Shown here in pieces: positions 47,015 to 57,078 of a stretch of DNA of 64,000 bases. Both the position numbers and the translations under genes were made by a program. The stretch lies in sequence record MN871445.1; one strand, given 5' to 3'. The notes under the pieces were generated by a model. It made no database searches. It worked only from the letters and a program-made list of their open reading frames with translations, and was not told where the DNA came from. The first letter of the stretch is position 1; every line of letters begins with the position of its first letter.

Positions 47015-48676
47015 CTAGAGCAGAATTTTCTGGAGTCGATTTGATACTAGGGTAAAAAAAGTGCTCACCACGTCCAGAGGTAAGATGATCTGTTCTTTAG
47101 CGTCCGGACGTAGTTGGGTTTCACCGCAACGTTCGCAGGCGTAGTTGACAATACCAATTACCGTAGTAGTGGCATCTTCGACGAACTGATCAACCGTACC
47201 GACGATCAGGTCAACGATTTCACGGTCCGCAGAGAAAGTCCGCGATAGTTCTTCCAAGGTCGAAACGGAATCAATAACCGATTCAGACATCTCACCGGCA
47301 TCAATAATGATGCGGCCAAAATACATGCTGTAGTTACGTAAGGTTTCTACCGTGGCCAGCTGTTGAATGTAAACGTCGCGGTCGACGCCGTGCAGAACGG
47401 AACCAAATGCGGCGTCTGTTTGTTCAACAATACCGTCAACCCAACGAAGTCCAGAGTCCTCATATTCGGTATATGTTGGAACCCTTAACTCCATGGTCAT
47501 TTGGTTGCCCAGGTCGATGGTTGCCGATGCAGGTACTGGGAAGCTAGACTGCATCGCTTTTACGTCGTCCAACTTCATACTGGCGCCTGCGCGATTTTTA
47601 CTCATAAATCTACGCTGGTCTTCACTAAACCGTTTGCGATCCACAAACAAGAGTTTGTTTAAATCTACCACACCACGGTTGACGTGATGACATTTGCTAA
47701 GATCCGCAGTACATGGTTGGGATAGCGGGTACCCATTAGGGTAAATACATGAAACAAATCCCAGAATCATGGAAGGGATATCGGTGATCAGTAGATGATC
47801 TTTGATGGCCTGCCGCTTACCTTCCTCACTGGAATATTCGAGGGAGGTATCATCAACATGGTCTAGAATAAGATCCATGACGTATTTGATAATATAAATA
47901 CGATCGTTATCAAACACGGCGCCTTTGGTTTGGCGGCCCAGCTTAATCTTTTCGGTCTGAATACGACGATCCAGCTCTAAGAGCGCTGCTTCCTGTGGTG
48001 GGATGAAGGTCACCCAGAACATCGAGTTATACATCGGCCATTGTGCATGACCGCCCAAAGACATGCGTGCTTGAACCCGACGGATGGCGGCTTGACCCGA
48101 TAGCTTCGGAGCATTGCTTTCTTGGATTTTTGGTCTTGCGGCACGCAGGCGATCGGCACCGTGGCTCAGATATTGCGCCCAGTCGCGGTCAGCTTGCCAT
48201 GCCGCATAGGTCACATTCTCTTCATCGGCCGGTGACATAAAGTTGACCGCACTTCCGGCAGCCATTACCCAGTCCATACTTGATTCAGGGTCTGGCAGCC
48301 CACCCAAGCTTTTTACGTTGGCGGTGATGTGGGCGATCTGGCGGTATGTTGCAAACAGTAAATTAATTGATTCGGCCGGGGTGATAGCTTTTTTCTGTTT
48401 TTCGTTGATGTCTTTAAACAGGGGCAGCTCGACAGTAGCGTTTGCCGGGAACTCTCGCAAATCTGGGCCGGGGTCAAAAACACCGTCGTCCTTTTCTTTG
48501 CTATCTACTTCCGGTACTTCATCTGAAGGCGCTACTGTTTCTGGTGCGGGTGCGTCTTTTTGGGGTTGCTGTGCGGTAGTAGATTCTTCATCGCCAGCAT
48601 CAAATGCATCCCATGCTGATTTACCCGGGGTAGTTTCATGCATCGGTACGTCGTTGCCGATATTGTTATCGCTCAT
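47015..48676 (-). CDS. tail/baseplate-hub assembly chaperone G-like (T4 gp26-like; phiKZ gp77-like)
   Basis: acidic disordered N-terminus, C-x6-C-H and C-terminal CERCG motifs, GGAG RBS. Confidence 0.55.
   Translation of the reverse strand: MSDNNIGNDVPMHETTPGKSAWDAFDAGDEESTTAQQPQKDAPAPETVAPSDEVPEVDSKEKDDGVFDPGPDLREFPANATVELPLFKDINEKQKKAITPAESINLLFATYRQIAHITANVKSLGGLPDPESSMDWVMAAGSAVNFMSPADEENVTYAAWQADRDWAQYLSHGADRLRAARPKIQESNAPKLSGQAAIRRVQARMSLGGHAQWPMYNSMFWVTFIPPQEAALLELDRRIQTEKIKLGRQTKGAVFDNDRIYIIKYVMDLILDHVDDTSLEYSSEEGKRQAIKDHLLITDIPSMILGFVSCIYPNGYPLSQPCTADLSKCHHVNRGVVDLNKLLFVDRKRFSEDQRRFMSKNRAGASMKLDDVKAMQSSFPVPASATIDLGNQMTMELRVPTYTEYEDSGLRWVDGIVEQTDAAFGSVLHGVDRDVYIQQLATVETLRNYSMYFGRIIIDAGEMSESVIDSVSTLEELSRTFSADREIVDLIVGTVDQFVEDATTTVIGIVNYACERCGETQLRPDAKEQIILPLDVVSTFFTLVSNRLQKILL
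47054..47060 (-). other. candidate -1 ribosomal frameshift site U-UUU-UUU
   Basis: minus-strand codons ACT TTT TTT ACC (T539-F540-F541) 12 codons before the stop; the -1 frame joins 46572-46898. Confidence 0.6.
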
Positions 48677-49172
48677 TGTTCTCTCCAGATTCTTCTCGGG
48701 TTTTTCCCATCAGGTTAGAAAGCTCAAGATAGGTAGGGATGACCTCGTTGGTCCAATCGGCCTGCCAGGCGTAGAATGCCTCACCCATTGGAATAGTATT
48801 GAATTCTATACCTTCCATTTGGTGGGTAATGCTCACCACTGCTTCTTTATTACCGGCTTTGCGATGTGTTTTTACCTCCGCCCTTAATGCTTCCCATTCT
48901 GCTTGCAGGGCCGTATATTGTTGGCATAGTCTCTCTACCCTGGTTACCATGTTTTTGGCTTTAGCATTAAGGTCTTTACTAAGACGTAGAATTTCACCGT
49001 GGTAAGGAGACCCAACTCCGAACATCGGTAATCGCAATACTGGACCAATCTCACATACCGCGGCGACCTGATTGAGGCATGCACGGTATAACGTATCTAG
49101 TTCCACCCAGGTTTGCCCGGGAGTTTGTTTTGCATTAACTCGCGCTTTGCGAGGTTTTTCTGAAGCTGGCAT
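48666..49172 (-). CDS. conserved helical hypothetical protein
   Basis: 168 aa, overlaps the downstream start. Confidence 0.7.
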   Translation of the reverse strand: MPASEKPRKARVNAKQTPGQTWVELDTLYRACLNQVAAVCEIGPVLRLPMFGVGSPYHGEILRLSKDLNAKAKNMVTRVERLCQQYTALQAEWEALRAEVKTHRKAGNKEAVVSITHQMEGIEFNTIPMGEAFYAWQADWTNEVIPTYLELSNLMGKTREESGENNER

Positions 49173-49259
49173 ATTCTAATCCCTTTTAGGTTAAGTAAAA
49201 TTTACACCAAACCGTATGTATCCTGTGTTAATAATTACTGACCCCCACAAGGAATAACC

Positions 49260-50123
49260 ATGTTTGATGATTTAGAGCATTATCTGGTTACCATCTGTAG
49301 CCAACAAAGGGTGGACACCATTATCCGCTTGCTTGAAGCATTAGGAGGCATGGTTGGTGTCGAGCACGTGTTGCCTATGAGTCAATTTTCTATCGGGTTA
49401 CCGGATGGCATTGATACCGCGGAATCCATTTCAAGACTCGACGACTCTCTCGTAGATATTAGTCAGGCATGTTTTTCTGAACTCGGTATTGTATTAAATG
49501 AAGACAATATCGATTCTACCTCATTCATTGCTATTGAAAAGATGGTACACGCACTCACCCACGCTCCTTCCTGGGAAGACCCTGAACGACTGCTTGGATT
49601 TTTAACGGCATCAGATGACAGGGAGATGGGATTAGCTGAAGTTATAGGTGAGATTAATGGGGATGATGCAGGCCAGTATGCTTTATTGTTAGAAAGTGTA
49701 TCTCTGGCCTTCTACAATAATCTCATAGAGGCGATTGAGGTATCACTGGAAGCGGTGATAGCCAAGGACCCCGATACCATAAAAGCACCGCCCGACAGAA
49801 TACGGGCATTCTTTAATTCAATGTCCGATGAACAGTTTGTTAAAAACGCTATTCTGGATGGTAGTTTTGCGTTTAATATGTCCCTAGAAGTTTACGAAGG
49901 ACTTTACGCCAATGTGCTGTATGGGTTGGAGCCGACCGCAGTACCCGACGCATTATTGAGTCTGGCGGTGTGCAGCGATCTTAAAGACAGTCAACTATTC
50001 CCAGAAATCATCGCGGCTCTGGACAAGTATATTGAAACCCCCGAGATTGGCATCGCCATGAAACATCGGATTGGCGAATTAAAAGCACGTTATCCGGAGT
50101 GGAATAATAATGAAAAAGCATGA
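49260..50123 (+). CDS. acidic virion protein (phiKZ gp79-like)
   Basis: AAGGA RBS; directly upstream of the vRNAP subunit. Confidence 0.6.
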   Translation: MFDDLEHYLVTICSQQRVDTIIRLLEALGGMVGVEHVLPMSQFSIGLPDGIDTAESISRLDDSLVDISQACFSELGIVLNEDNIDSTSFIAIEKMVHALTHAPSWEDPERLLGFLTASDDREMGLAEVIGEINGDDAGQYALLLESVSLAFYNNLIEAIEVSLEAVIAKDPDTIKAPPDRIRAFFNSMSDEQFVKNAILDGSFAFNMSLEVYEGLYANVLYGLEPTAVPDALLSLAVCSDLKDSQLFPEIIAALDKYIETPEIGIAMKHRIGELKARYPEWNNNEKA

Positions 50124-51420
50124 TTATTTCTTTAATGCCTGTAATGCCGGTGCGTATCGTTATCGTGAATGGGTTTTGGATTGTTTTTCTGCGGCTGGGG
50201 TTATCACGACAGAAAACGATGCCGCTCAAAGCGATACGCAATATCCGTACCAATTGCGTTTACAAGAAAACGGTAAGGTTGACTTTATCGATGAACATGG
50301 TGAACGGGGTACCATAGACGATGTCGTTAAAGGGGAGGCGCTGTTTGAGTTCAAAACAGTATTTACTTTGAAGCCCAACGTAATGCCCAACCAACCTAAC
50401 GAAGTGGAAACGACCTACGGTGAATGCTATATCAACTATTTAATTTTAGTCTATCCGTTTGGTAATCGTGTACCATTCACCCCGGGCAAAGTGAAACCAA
50501 CCAAGGTCATCACTTCCCTGCTGCCAAAGATTAATGACGATCCGGAAGGTGAAATCCCCGATGATGGTAAGCTATACGTCAGTCATTTAACTACCTACAT
50601 CGAAGCGGTAATGTCAACATTAGGCATAGTGCCGCTGGCAGTCCCTTCGGCAACGCCGTACACCATCACTACTGATCCTAAAATCAGGGAACGTCGAGAT
50701 GAGCTATTAACCAAATATGCTGATAGGTTGCACGACCCAGCAGTCATTGCGAACATCGATAAAGAACTCACTCAGATGGACCGTGAATGGATTGCTAAAG
50801 ACCCGGATGGTGGTTTCTACTATAAAGACAAATCATTCGATGTTACTCGCAAGAAAATGCATTTATTTCACGGGGCTGAGTCCGGGTTCAGTGCAGATGG
50901 CTCCATTACGGTTATTCGCAATTCCCTGGCTGAAGGTTGGGACATGGATAAACTACCAGCCATGGCTAACTCCATGCGTGAAGGTAGCTTCTCTCGCGGT
51001 GCCGAAACAGCATTGGGTGGTGAAGCAGTAAAATTCTTCCAGCGGGTGTTACAAAACGCCGCCATCACCATTGATGATTGTGGAACCTCCCTTGGGTTAC
51101 CCACATACATCACTAAAGATAACGTTATGGATTATGTCGGCCTGTACATGAAAATCGGTGATGAGTGGAAGTCATTTGATGAAGAAGGGGTAACTCAATT
51201 CATCGGTAAAGAGATGATTGTCAGATCACCATTATTCTGTAAAGCAACAGAAACCGATTTTTGCAAGCATTGCATGGGAGATAAATTATCGCTGTCTCCT
51301 AACTCACTAGCTTCAAGCGCCTCCCAAGTAGGTTCCGTATTCCTGAACACCTTCATGAAACGAATGCATGGTACTGCGCTGAAACTCGCCCACTACGATT
51401 ACACCAAATCACTAACATAA
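50110..51420 (+). CDS. virion RNA polymerase beta' subunit fragment (phiKZ gp80-like)
   Basis: NSLAEG, REGSFSRGAETALGG bridge-helix region, DCGT, RSPLFC..CKHCMG. Confidence 0.85.
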   Translation: MKKHDYFFNACNAGAYRYREWVLDCFSAAGVITTENDAAQSDTQYPYQLRLQENGKVDFIDEHGERGTIDDVVKGEALFEFKTVFTLKPNVMPNQPNEVETTYGECYINYLILVYPFGNRVPFTPGKVKPTKVITSLLPKINDDPEGEIPDDGKLYVSHLTTYIEAVMSTLGIVPLAVPSATPYTITTDPKIRERRDELLTKYADRLHDPAVIANIDKELTQMDREWIAKDPDGGFYYKDKSFDVTRKKMHLFHGAESGFSADGSITVIRNSLAEGWDMDKLPAMANSMREGSFSRGAETALGGEAVKFFQRVLQNAAITIDDCGTSLGLPTYITKDNVMDYVGLYMKIGDEWKSFDEEGVTQFIGKEMIVRSPLFCKATETDFCKHCMGDKLSLSPNSLASSASQVGSVFLNTFMKRMHGTALKLAHYDYTKSLT

Positions 51421-51433
51421 ATAGGGTTCAATT

Positions 51434-52039
51434 ATGTCTGAAGATGCAAAACTCACAATCACGGATGATGTTGGGCAGGCCTCAGGTCAAGATGTTATCC
51501 GAGAAGAAACGCCAATCATCAGCCCGGCTAGCGTTGCCCCGGCGGCTACCATGGTTAAGGTAATGACTGCTGAACCTCAACCAGTCCAGCAGGTCGGTTC
51601 TATCATCCGGCTCACTGCTGAAATGGCCCGCTACGAAGAAAGCATGAATATTCGTCGTAGCATCGACCCGGTGGAGGGCGGTAAAAATCAAGTAAAATTC
51701 CTACGGGCAATTCAGAATCTGGTATATACCCCAGATGCTTCTGATTTTGTGGTGGGGATGGATTACCTGATGAAGAAAATGTCCGAAGATGCCAACGGCC
51801 TATTTAATGATCGTACCGCATTTCGTTTTTGGGACCAGATGAAACTGGCCAGACTCGAGCGCCAAGAAATAGAAAATCTTTGGCGTCTCCTGGTATCGGT
51901 AACCCAAGCCAAGGACCGCAAACAGGTACTGGAAAAACAAATTGACCTGGATAAGGCCCTGGGATACATCAAGGACTCTAAAGTCAGCGAACGTCTGCGC
52001 GCGTACATCGCCAAGATTAGTAAAGTTAATCTTGGATAA
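51434..52039 (+). CDS. conserved helical hypothetical protein
   Basis: 201 aa; followed by a bidirectional terminator. Confidence 0.7.
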   Translation: MSEDAKLTITDDVGQASGQDVIREETPIISPASVAPAATMVKVMTAEPQPVQQVGSIIRLTAEMARYEESMNIRRSIDPVEGGKNQVKFLRAIQNLVYTPDASDFVVGMDYLMKKMSEDANGLFNDRTAFRFWDQMKLARLERQEIENLWRLLVSVTQAKDRKQVLEKQIDLDKALGYIKDSKVSERLRAYIAKISKVNLG

Positions 52040-52042
52040 TAT

Positions 52043-52080
52043 GCATAAAAGGGAGGGCGAAAGCCCTCCCGATATGTTGT
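52043..52080. terminator. bidirectional hairpin with CATA/TATG flanks
   Basis: gcataaaa-gggagggc-gaaa-gccctccc-gatatgttg. Confidence 0.8.
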
Positions 52081-53817
52081 CTAGTGTTTATGATCTTCTT
52101 TGAAAGATTCTAATAACTGGTCGAGTGTAGGTACACCAAACAACGTACAGCATAATTCTACTGCATTCACTTGTGCCGACATTAAATTAATACCTGCACG
52201 TCGTTGGTCTATTTCTTCTAACCCCTCAATCCCGCACAATTCCCGTTCAGTAGTATCTTTAGAAATGTTACCTAACAAAACACCATTAGGATAACTCGAT
52301 CTCACGTCGAGGTCAGCTATGTGGGCTCGAAGGTATGACCTAAGTTCAGGCAAATCTTTAAACGCTGGGATGCCATTATCTACCATCATGTAGGTAGGTA
52401 ACATAACAATCCATCCCGTCAAGTCCAATGTATCGTCATCTAATTCCGTTTGTACTGTTGATGAACCAGTACCAATCACCTTACCGTGACCCAGATAGAA
52501 GAAATGGAGGTCATTTACCAACATAACGGGTTGGCGGTTATATTGGGAATACTCAGAGATACCCACCAGGGTTGGCAACATCTGACTGATGTCTTTGATA
52601 GTTTCATCAAGTATCTCGGTAACGATGTCATCGAATAGTGCGTATGCACAGTAAACATCCCGGTAATGGGTTTGCATGATTTCGTGCCATTTAGCACTAC
52701 CGTCTTCGACGTCTTCCAGTAAAGGGAGTTTAACATATAGCTTACCTATCTTGGAGCCGACCTCACGTTTTACTACGGCATCAAGGCCGTAAGAGAAATC
52801 TTGTCCGCCTGCTAAACGTACCCGTCGATAAGTACACATACCGCAGATGATGGTAAATGAGGCGGTGCAATAAAGCATGTGCCATTGATCTGCTGGTTTA
52901 ATTGTGACTTCACGGCCCGACGCCGCCTTTTTGCGTTTATTCCCTTCTTCATATTTGCACCTTCTGAAGTTCTTCGGCACCCGGGGGTCACACAGCACGT
53001 CTTTGGGATCTACCCCGAAGTCTTCCAGTACGCGCATAATAACAGGGACGTCGAAGTCCTGGTTCCAAATTTCTATAATATCGGGTTGCCATTCGTGGGC
53101 ACGCTCGAACAACGCTTGGATGATTTCAACGGGGCCGTTAACAATGCGTATCTCAATGTTTTCCAATGGGATACGTTCTTTAATTTTTGGTCCTATTTCA
53201 GAATCATCGTACAGATGCTTTTTAATAGATGCTCGAATCTCTTCTTCGGCATTTGGCGAAGCTCCATACCACCCGCGGTCTACTGCTAGAATTGCTTTAT
53301 CCTGGAATGATAACTGACCAGTGATCGGATACTGGTCTTCAGTAAACATGTTGGTTTCTAAGTCGAGCACAGCAACGGTATTATTGCTACGTGCTTTTGG
53401 CCATTGTTGTTGGTAGTTATGTTTCAAAATGCAGGTGGTATTGATGTCCGCACCGTATAAATACGGAGACTGCGCTAATTTGCGTAATCCCCCATTTGGG
53501 TCGCCATACCCCAGCGCCTGAACAATTCGTTTAGGCATGTTGATTTGTGTTGTAGAGAATTCATTACATTTTTTTCGTTCTTCAAATTCTTTCTTGTCAG
53601 AATAATTTTGATATTCTTTTTTGGTTACCCAAAATTTACGTTGATAATCACCCCAGAAACTTAAACGGTTCTCGGTGTGACCATCTTCAAAAAACAATCT
53701 TTCTTTAATGGTTAGTAAATCATGAGGTGTGCCGTCTAAAGCCTCGCTGTAAACGACATGCTTGCACTCATAACCAATTACCCCAGGGACATCGAAACGT
53801 GGACGTGGTGGTGCCAT
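52081..53817 (-). CDS. split family-B DNA polymerase, 3'-5' exonuclease plus motif A subunit (phiKZ gp82-like)
   Basis: ExoI VLDLET, ExoII WNQDFD, ExoIII YALFDD and motif A DLDVRSSYPN. Confidence 0.88.
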   Translation of the reverse strand: MAPPRPRFDVPGVIGYECKHVVYSEALDGTPHDLLTIKERLFFEDGHTENRLSFWGDYQRKFWVTKKEYQNYSDKKEFEERKKCNEFSTTQINMPKRIVQALGYGDPNGGLRKLAQSPYLYGADINTTCILKHNYQQQWPKARSNNTVAVLDLETNMFTEDQYPITGQLSFQDKAILAVDRGWYGASPNAEEEIRASIKKHLYDDSEIGPKIKERIPLENIEIRIVNGPVEIIQALFERAHEWQPDIIEIWNQDFDVPVIMRVLEDFGVDPKDVLCDPRVPKNFRRCKYEEGNKRKKAASGREVTIKPADQWHMLYCTASFTIICGMCTYRRVRLAGGQDFSYGLDAVVKREVGSKIGKLYVKLPLLEDVEDGSAKWHEIMQTHYRDVYCAYALFDDIVTEILDETIKDISQMLPTLVGISEYSQYNRQPVMLVNDLHFFYLGHGKVIGTGSSTVQTELDDDTLDLTGWIVMLPTYMMVDNGIPAFKDLPELRSYLRAHIADLDVRSSYPNGVLLGNISKDTTERELCGIEGLEEIDQRRAGINLMSAQVNAVELCCTLFGVPTLDQLLESFKEDHKH

Positions 53818-53923
53818 GTCAATTACTCCAATTCTTTTTTGATTTGTGCCCAATTACATCATCGACATCACTCGTGATAAATTACTTCGTTGAATTATGT
53901 GTCGGCAGCCTGAGGAAACTACC

Positions 53924-55279
53924 ATGTCCATGAAGTCATATGCCCGTGTTAGCCTTGAAGCGCTAGCACCGCAAAAAGAAAATAAATTCGGTGCATTCGC
54001 CATCCCTTTATTACGGCAATGGCGCGAATATAGCGATATTGATTATACCACTTCTTTTCGTAAAAGTGTTGCACCGATGCTGGTGAAACTGATTAAAGAT
54101 ACGACTGGCATGTCCGTTAAATTTCGGATAGTGCAGGATGCCTCCGATGCTTATACCTGCACTATCATGCCTGGCGTATTTACAGAAAAACATCCGTTGT
54201 TGTTTGAAGTATTAGGCAATCGCTCACATACCCCTGCATTTATCAATCTCGTGCGCAAAATGCGCGAAGATAAAACGAATATCCTGGAAGGTAGCGTTGA
54301 CCAACGTACTGGTAAGGTGGGCGGTATTCTTGCCGAGGTCGATCATTTAATCACCATCGGCACATCTATTCTGGAAAATGATACCTTTACTCCGGCGTGG
54401 ATTGTGGGTTTAATCGGCCATGAATTGGGTCATGCGCACAGCTTCTTGGTATCTTTAGCGTATCGTTCGACGACCGCCTGGGCGATCCGTACTGCAATTG
54501 AAGCCCTGCACGGCACCAATAGCGATACTAAAGGGTACGTTATCACCATGGAAGCCATGGCGGATTACCTTAATCTGGATGATATTCAACGTAAAGCGTT
54601 GGTCGAATCCAAAGCTAAAGATGAGGCTCTAACCTTAATCGTTCTGGATAAAGCAGCTGAGGCGGCTAAATCAGAATTAGGTACTTCTTTAGCTGACCGT
54701 TCAGGTACCGAATTTCTCGCCGATCAGTACTTGGTTCGCTTGGGAGTTACCCGCGGATTTGCTGAAGCGTATAATTTTGTCCAACGTCAACGTAACCCCG
54801 AAGACTATTATAGTACGCATAAGTTTTTATTTGTTGAGTCTATGAAGGTTGCTTTGGCGGGTGCCGGCTGGATTGCTGGGGCTGCTCTCACCGGTAGCGT
54901 TATTGCTGGAGCCCTCCCCGTGACCTTAGTTGTTTCAGCGTGTGTCTCCATGACCGCAGACAACATTATTGAATCCACGCATACTGACCTATATAGCCGA
55001 CTGACGCAAATGCGGAATGATTTAATCCAATCAACCAAAGAAGTTGATGACCCGGCCATTCGTCATCGTTTATTATCGGACATTGATTTTGTGGACAATC
55101 TATTAAAAGATATCAAACCCCACAAAAGCATCGTACAAAAATTAGCTGGGGTATTTATACCCAACGTCCGCACATTGAACAAACAACAACAGCATCTCGC
55201 GATGCTCGAATCATTATTTAATAATCCGCTATATCTTCGTCAAGCCCAACTTAACCAACTTGCTAATCAACCCGAATAA
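53924..55279 (+). CDS. virion/internal-head protein with zincin (HExxH) metallopeptidase motif
   Basis: GHELGHAH and downstream EFLAD (M48-like); N-terminal VSLE propeptide-type site; long hydrophobic segment. Confidence 0.7.
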   Translation: MSMKSYARVSLEALAPQKENKFGAFAIPLLRQWREYSDIDYTTSFRKSVAPMLVKLIKDTTGMSVKFRIVQDASDAYTCTIMPGVFTEKHPLLFEVLGNRSHTPAFINLVRKMREDKTNILEGSVDQRTGKVGGILAEVDHLITIGTSILENDTFTPAWIVGLIGHELGHAHSFLVSLAYRSTTAWAIRTAIEALHGTNSDTKGYVITMEAMADYLNLDDIQRKALVESKAKDEALTLIVLDKAAEAAKSELGTSLADRSGTEFLADQYLVRLGVTRGFAEAYNFVQRQRNPEDYYSTHKFLFVESMKVALAGAGWIAGAALTGSVIAGALPVTLVVSACVSMTADNIIESTHTDLYSRLTQMRNDLIQSTKEVDDPAIRHRLLSDIDFVDNLLKDIKPHKSIVQKLAGVFIPNVRTLNKQQQHLAMLESLFNNPLYLRQAQLNQLANQPE

Positions 55280-55285
55280 GGAACC

Positions 55286-55804
55286 ATGACCATGGCCAAT
55301 TATGCACTGACCCAGCTGGCACGTAAACTGTTGACCCTGGCAGGCTCAGCCCCGAAAGACAGCCGTTGGGCCTCTAACGAAACCACTACTACTGTGCGGG
55401 ATGAAAACACCCGCATGGAAAACTTACTGGCTGCCGGGATCGCCTATAGCCTCCCCCTTCCGCCAGATGCCGTGCCGTCTATTGACGTATTTTTCGGTCA
55501 GGCTTACGGTACCAAACTCACCGCTCTTGTTTCTGAGATTTGTGAGCAGCGGGTACTTAACCCAGAACTTATTATTCTGGCCGTAAAACAAGCCTGGAGT
55601 TTCCGTTATGCTCAAACGCATGACATCAATATTCTTTTGCTGAACGGCCTGATGAAATTTAATTCCATCGGCGGGCTGAGTAATACTTACGAATACGCGC
55701 TGGGTGAATACCAGAACGATTATTCAATGCTGTTCACCATTCTTAGCCAAATCAAATCTACGGTGCAGCCGTATTTCGCCGAGGATAGCCAAGATGCAGA
55801 ATAA
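55286..55804 (+). CDS. putative virion protein
   Basis: AAGGA RBS; inside a structural operon. Confidence 0.6.
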   Translation: MTMANYALTQLARKLLTLAGSAPKDSRWASNETTTTVRDENTRMENLLAAGIAYSLPLPPDAVPSIDVFFGQAYGTKLTALVSEICEQRVLNPELIILAVKQAWSFRYAQTHDINILLLNGLMKFNSIGGLSNTYEYALGEYQNDYSMLFTILSQIKSTVQPYFAEDSQDAE

Positions 55805-57077
55805 TGACATTTATGGGTTTTCGGATACCATCTCCATGGAGTCGTTTGACAACATGGGTGGGTTTGAGCCCCTTGAAGCCGCGTCCACCCTAAATGACTT
55901 GGTCACGACGGCCAACCAAATTCAGGGTATTCGCGACAGCATTCTCAGTGATGGTGTATCCAAAACAGATGCGCTGGCGCTGGAGAGTTTAAATCCGGGA
56001 TTCTTTCCGCAGTATGTGCCAATGCATTCCTTTACCCAGATGCGGTCTCATACTAACCTCACCGTCACGCTGGAATCCATTAAATCGTGGACCACGATGT
56101 CGATTGCGAATATGGTTAAAGCGCTGTATCGTTTTCTGATGTCTTGTGTCAATTGGGTTAAAAATGCAATCAAAGGTTTCTTTGGTACTGGGAAAGATGC
56201 TAAACGTGTAATTTCCAATACGGAAGCCACGGTAAAAGCAACGAATGAAATTGTAACCCAGACTCGGGGAGCGACGGATAGTAAAACCGATGAGGCATTC
56301 CACAAAGCCAAAGAAAAAGCAAAACTATTAATTTCTGATCACTACACCCAACTGATGCGTCGAATGGTGTCTGACCGCGGTACTGAGAATATGGTTCGGC
56401 ATTTGCGCGGTCAACTACATACCGCCTACGCTAAACTGGACGTATTAACTGAGAAATACGTCCATGCCTTAGATATTTCCAGTAAAGGTGAAATTAACTA
56501 TCAGGAAGCCAACAGTATTTTTGCTGATTTGGCGAGCTTTAATCCGGGAAGTTTGTTGGACCTGGATTTAGAGTTATCTTATTTTGACCTAAAACAAAAG
56601 CTATCTCACGTAAATGGTTCGGTTTTGGTTCAATCGCTGTGGGATTCTTTGAAACAGCAGAACATGAAACGGGCATCTTGGGAAGTGAAAACCAGTGATG
56701 TCATTTCCGGCATGTTGCAGTTGACTACTCGCTTGGAAGAACTTGCCGACGACATCATCGATCCCGAGCTGGACACCACAGTCCCTACGGTAGTTGATTT
56801 CTCTAGCAAGGTACGTAATGCACCGGAGGGTATTACTCCTAACCTGGCTTTAGCAAGTCAACGGCTCACAGAAGGGTTTACTGTAGCTCAGCATGGTATT
56901 GGAATTTATGTTGAGTTGTTGAAAGCTTTTATTACCCTGACCGACCTGGGGTGGAAAGCCTCGAAAAGTATGATGGGCGACATTGCCACTAAAGCAAAAA
57001 CCGATTGTACGGAGTACGCCGCAGTCATCAAAGATATCGAGCAACGTTTAAAAACAACGCTACAAAAACAAAGTTAG
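55794..57077 (+). CDS. internal head protein with S/A-x-E propeptide sites
   Basis: ISMES and ALES in the first about 70 aa; GAGGA RBS. Confidence 0.65.
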   Translation: MQNNDIYGFSDTISMESFDNMGGFEPLEAASTLNDLVTTANQIQGIRDSILSDGVSKTDALALESLNPGFFPQYVPMHSFTQMRSHTNLTVTLESIKSWTTMSIANMVKALYRFLMSCVNWVKNAIKGFFGTGKDAKRVISNTEATVKATNEIVTQTRGATDSKTDEAFHKAKEKAKLLISDHYTQLMRRMVSDRGTENMVRHLRGQLHTAYAKLDVLTEKYVHALDISSKGEINYQEANSIFADLASFNPGSLLDLDLELSYFDLKQKLSHVNGSVLVQSLWDSLKQQNMKRASWEVKTSDVISGMLQLTTRLEELADDIIDPELDTTVPTVVDFSSKVRNAPEGITPNLALASQRLTEGFTVAQHGIGIYVELLKAFITLTDLGWKASKSMMGDIATKAKTDCTEYAAVIKDIEQRLKTTLQKQS

Positions 57078-57078
57078 A

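Noticed and set aside
48243-48887. 214-aa plus-strand ORF overlapping the chaperone genes, and many other 60-140-aa nested ORFs in the track
   Set aside because: They lie antisense or out of frame to genes with clear motifs and RBSs, and have no independent support.
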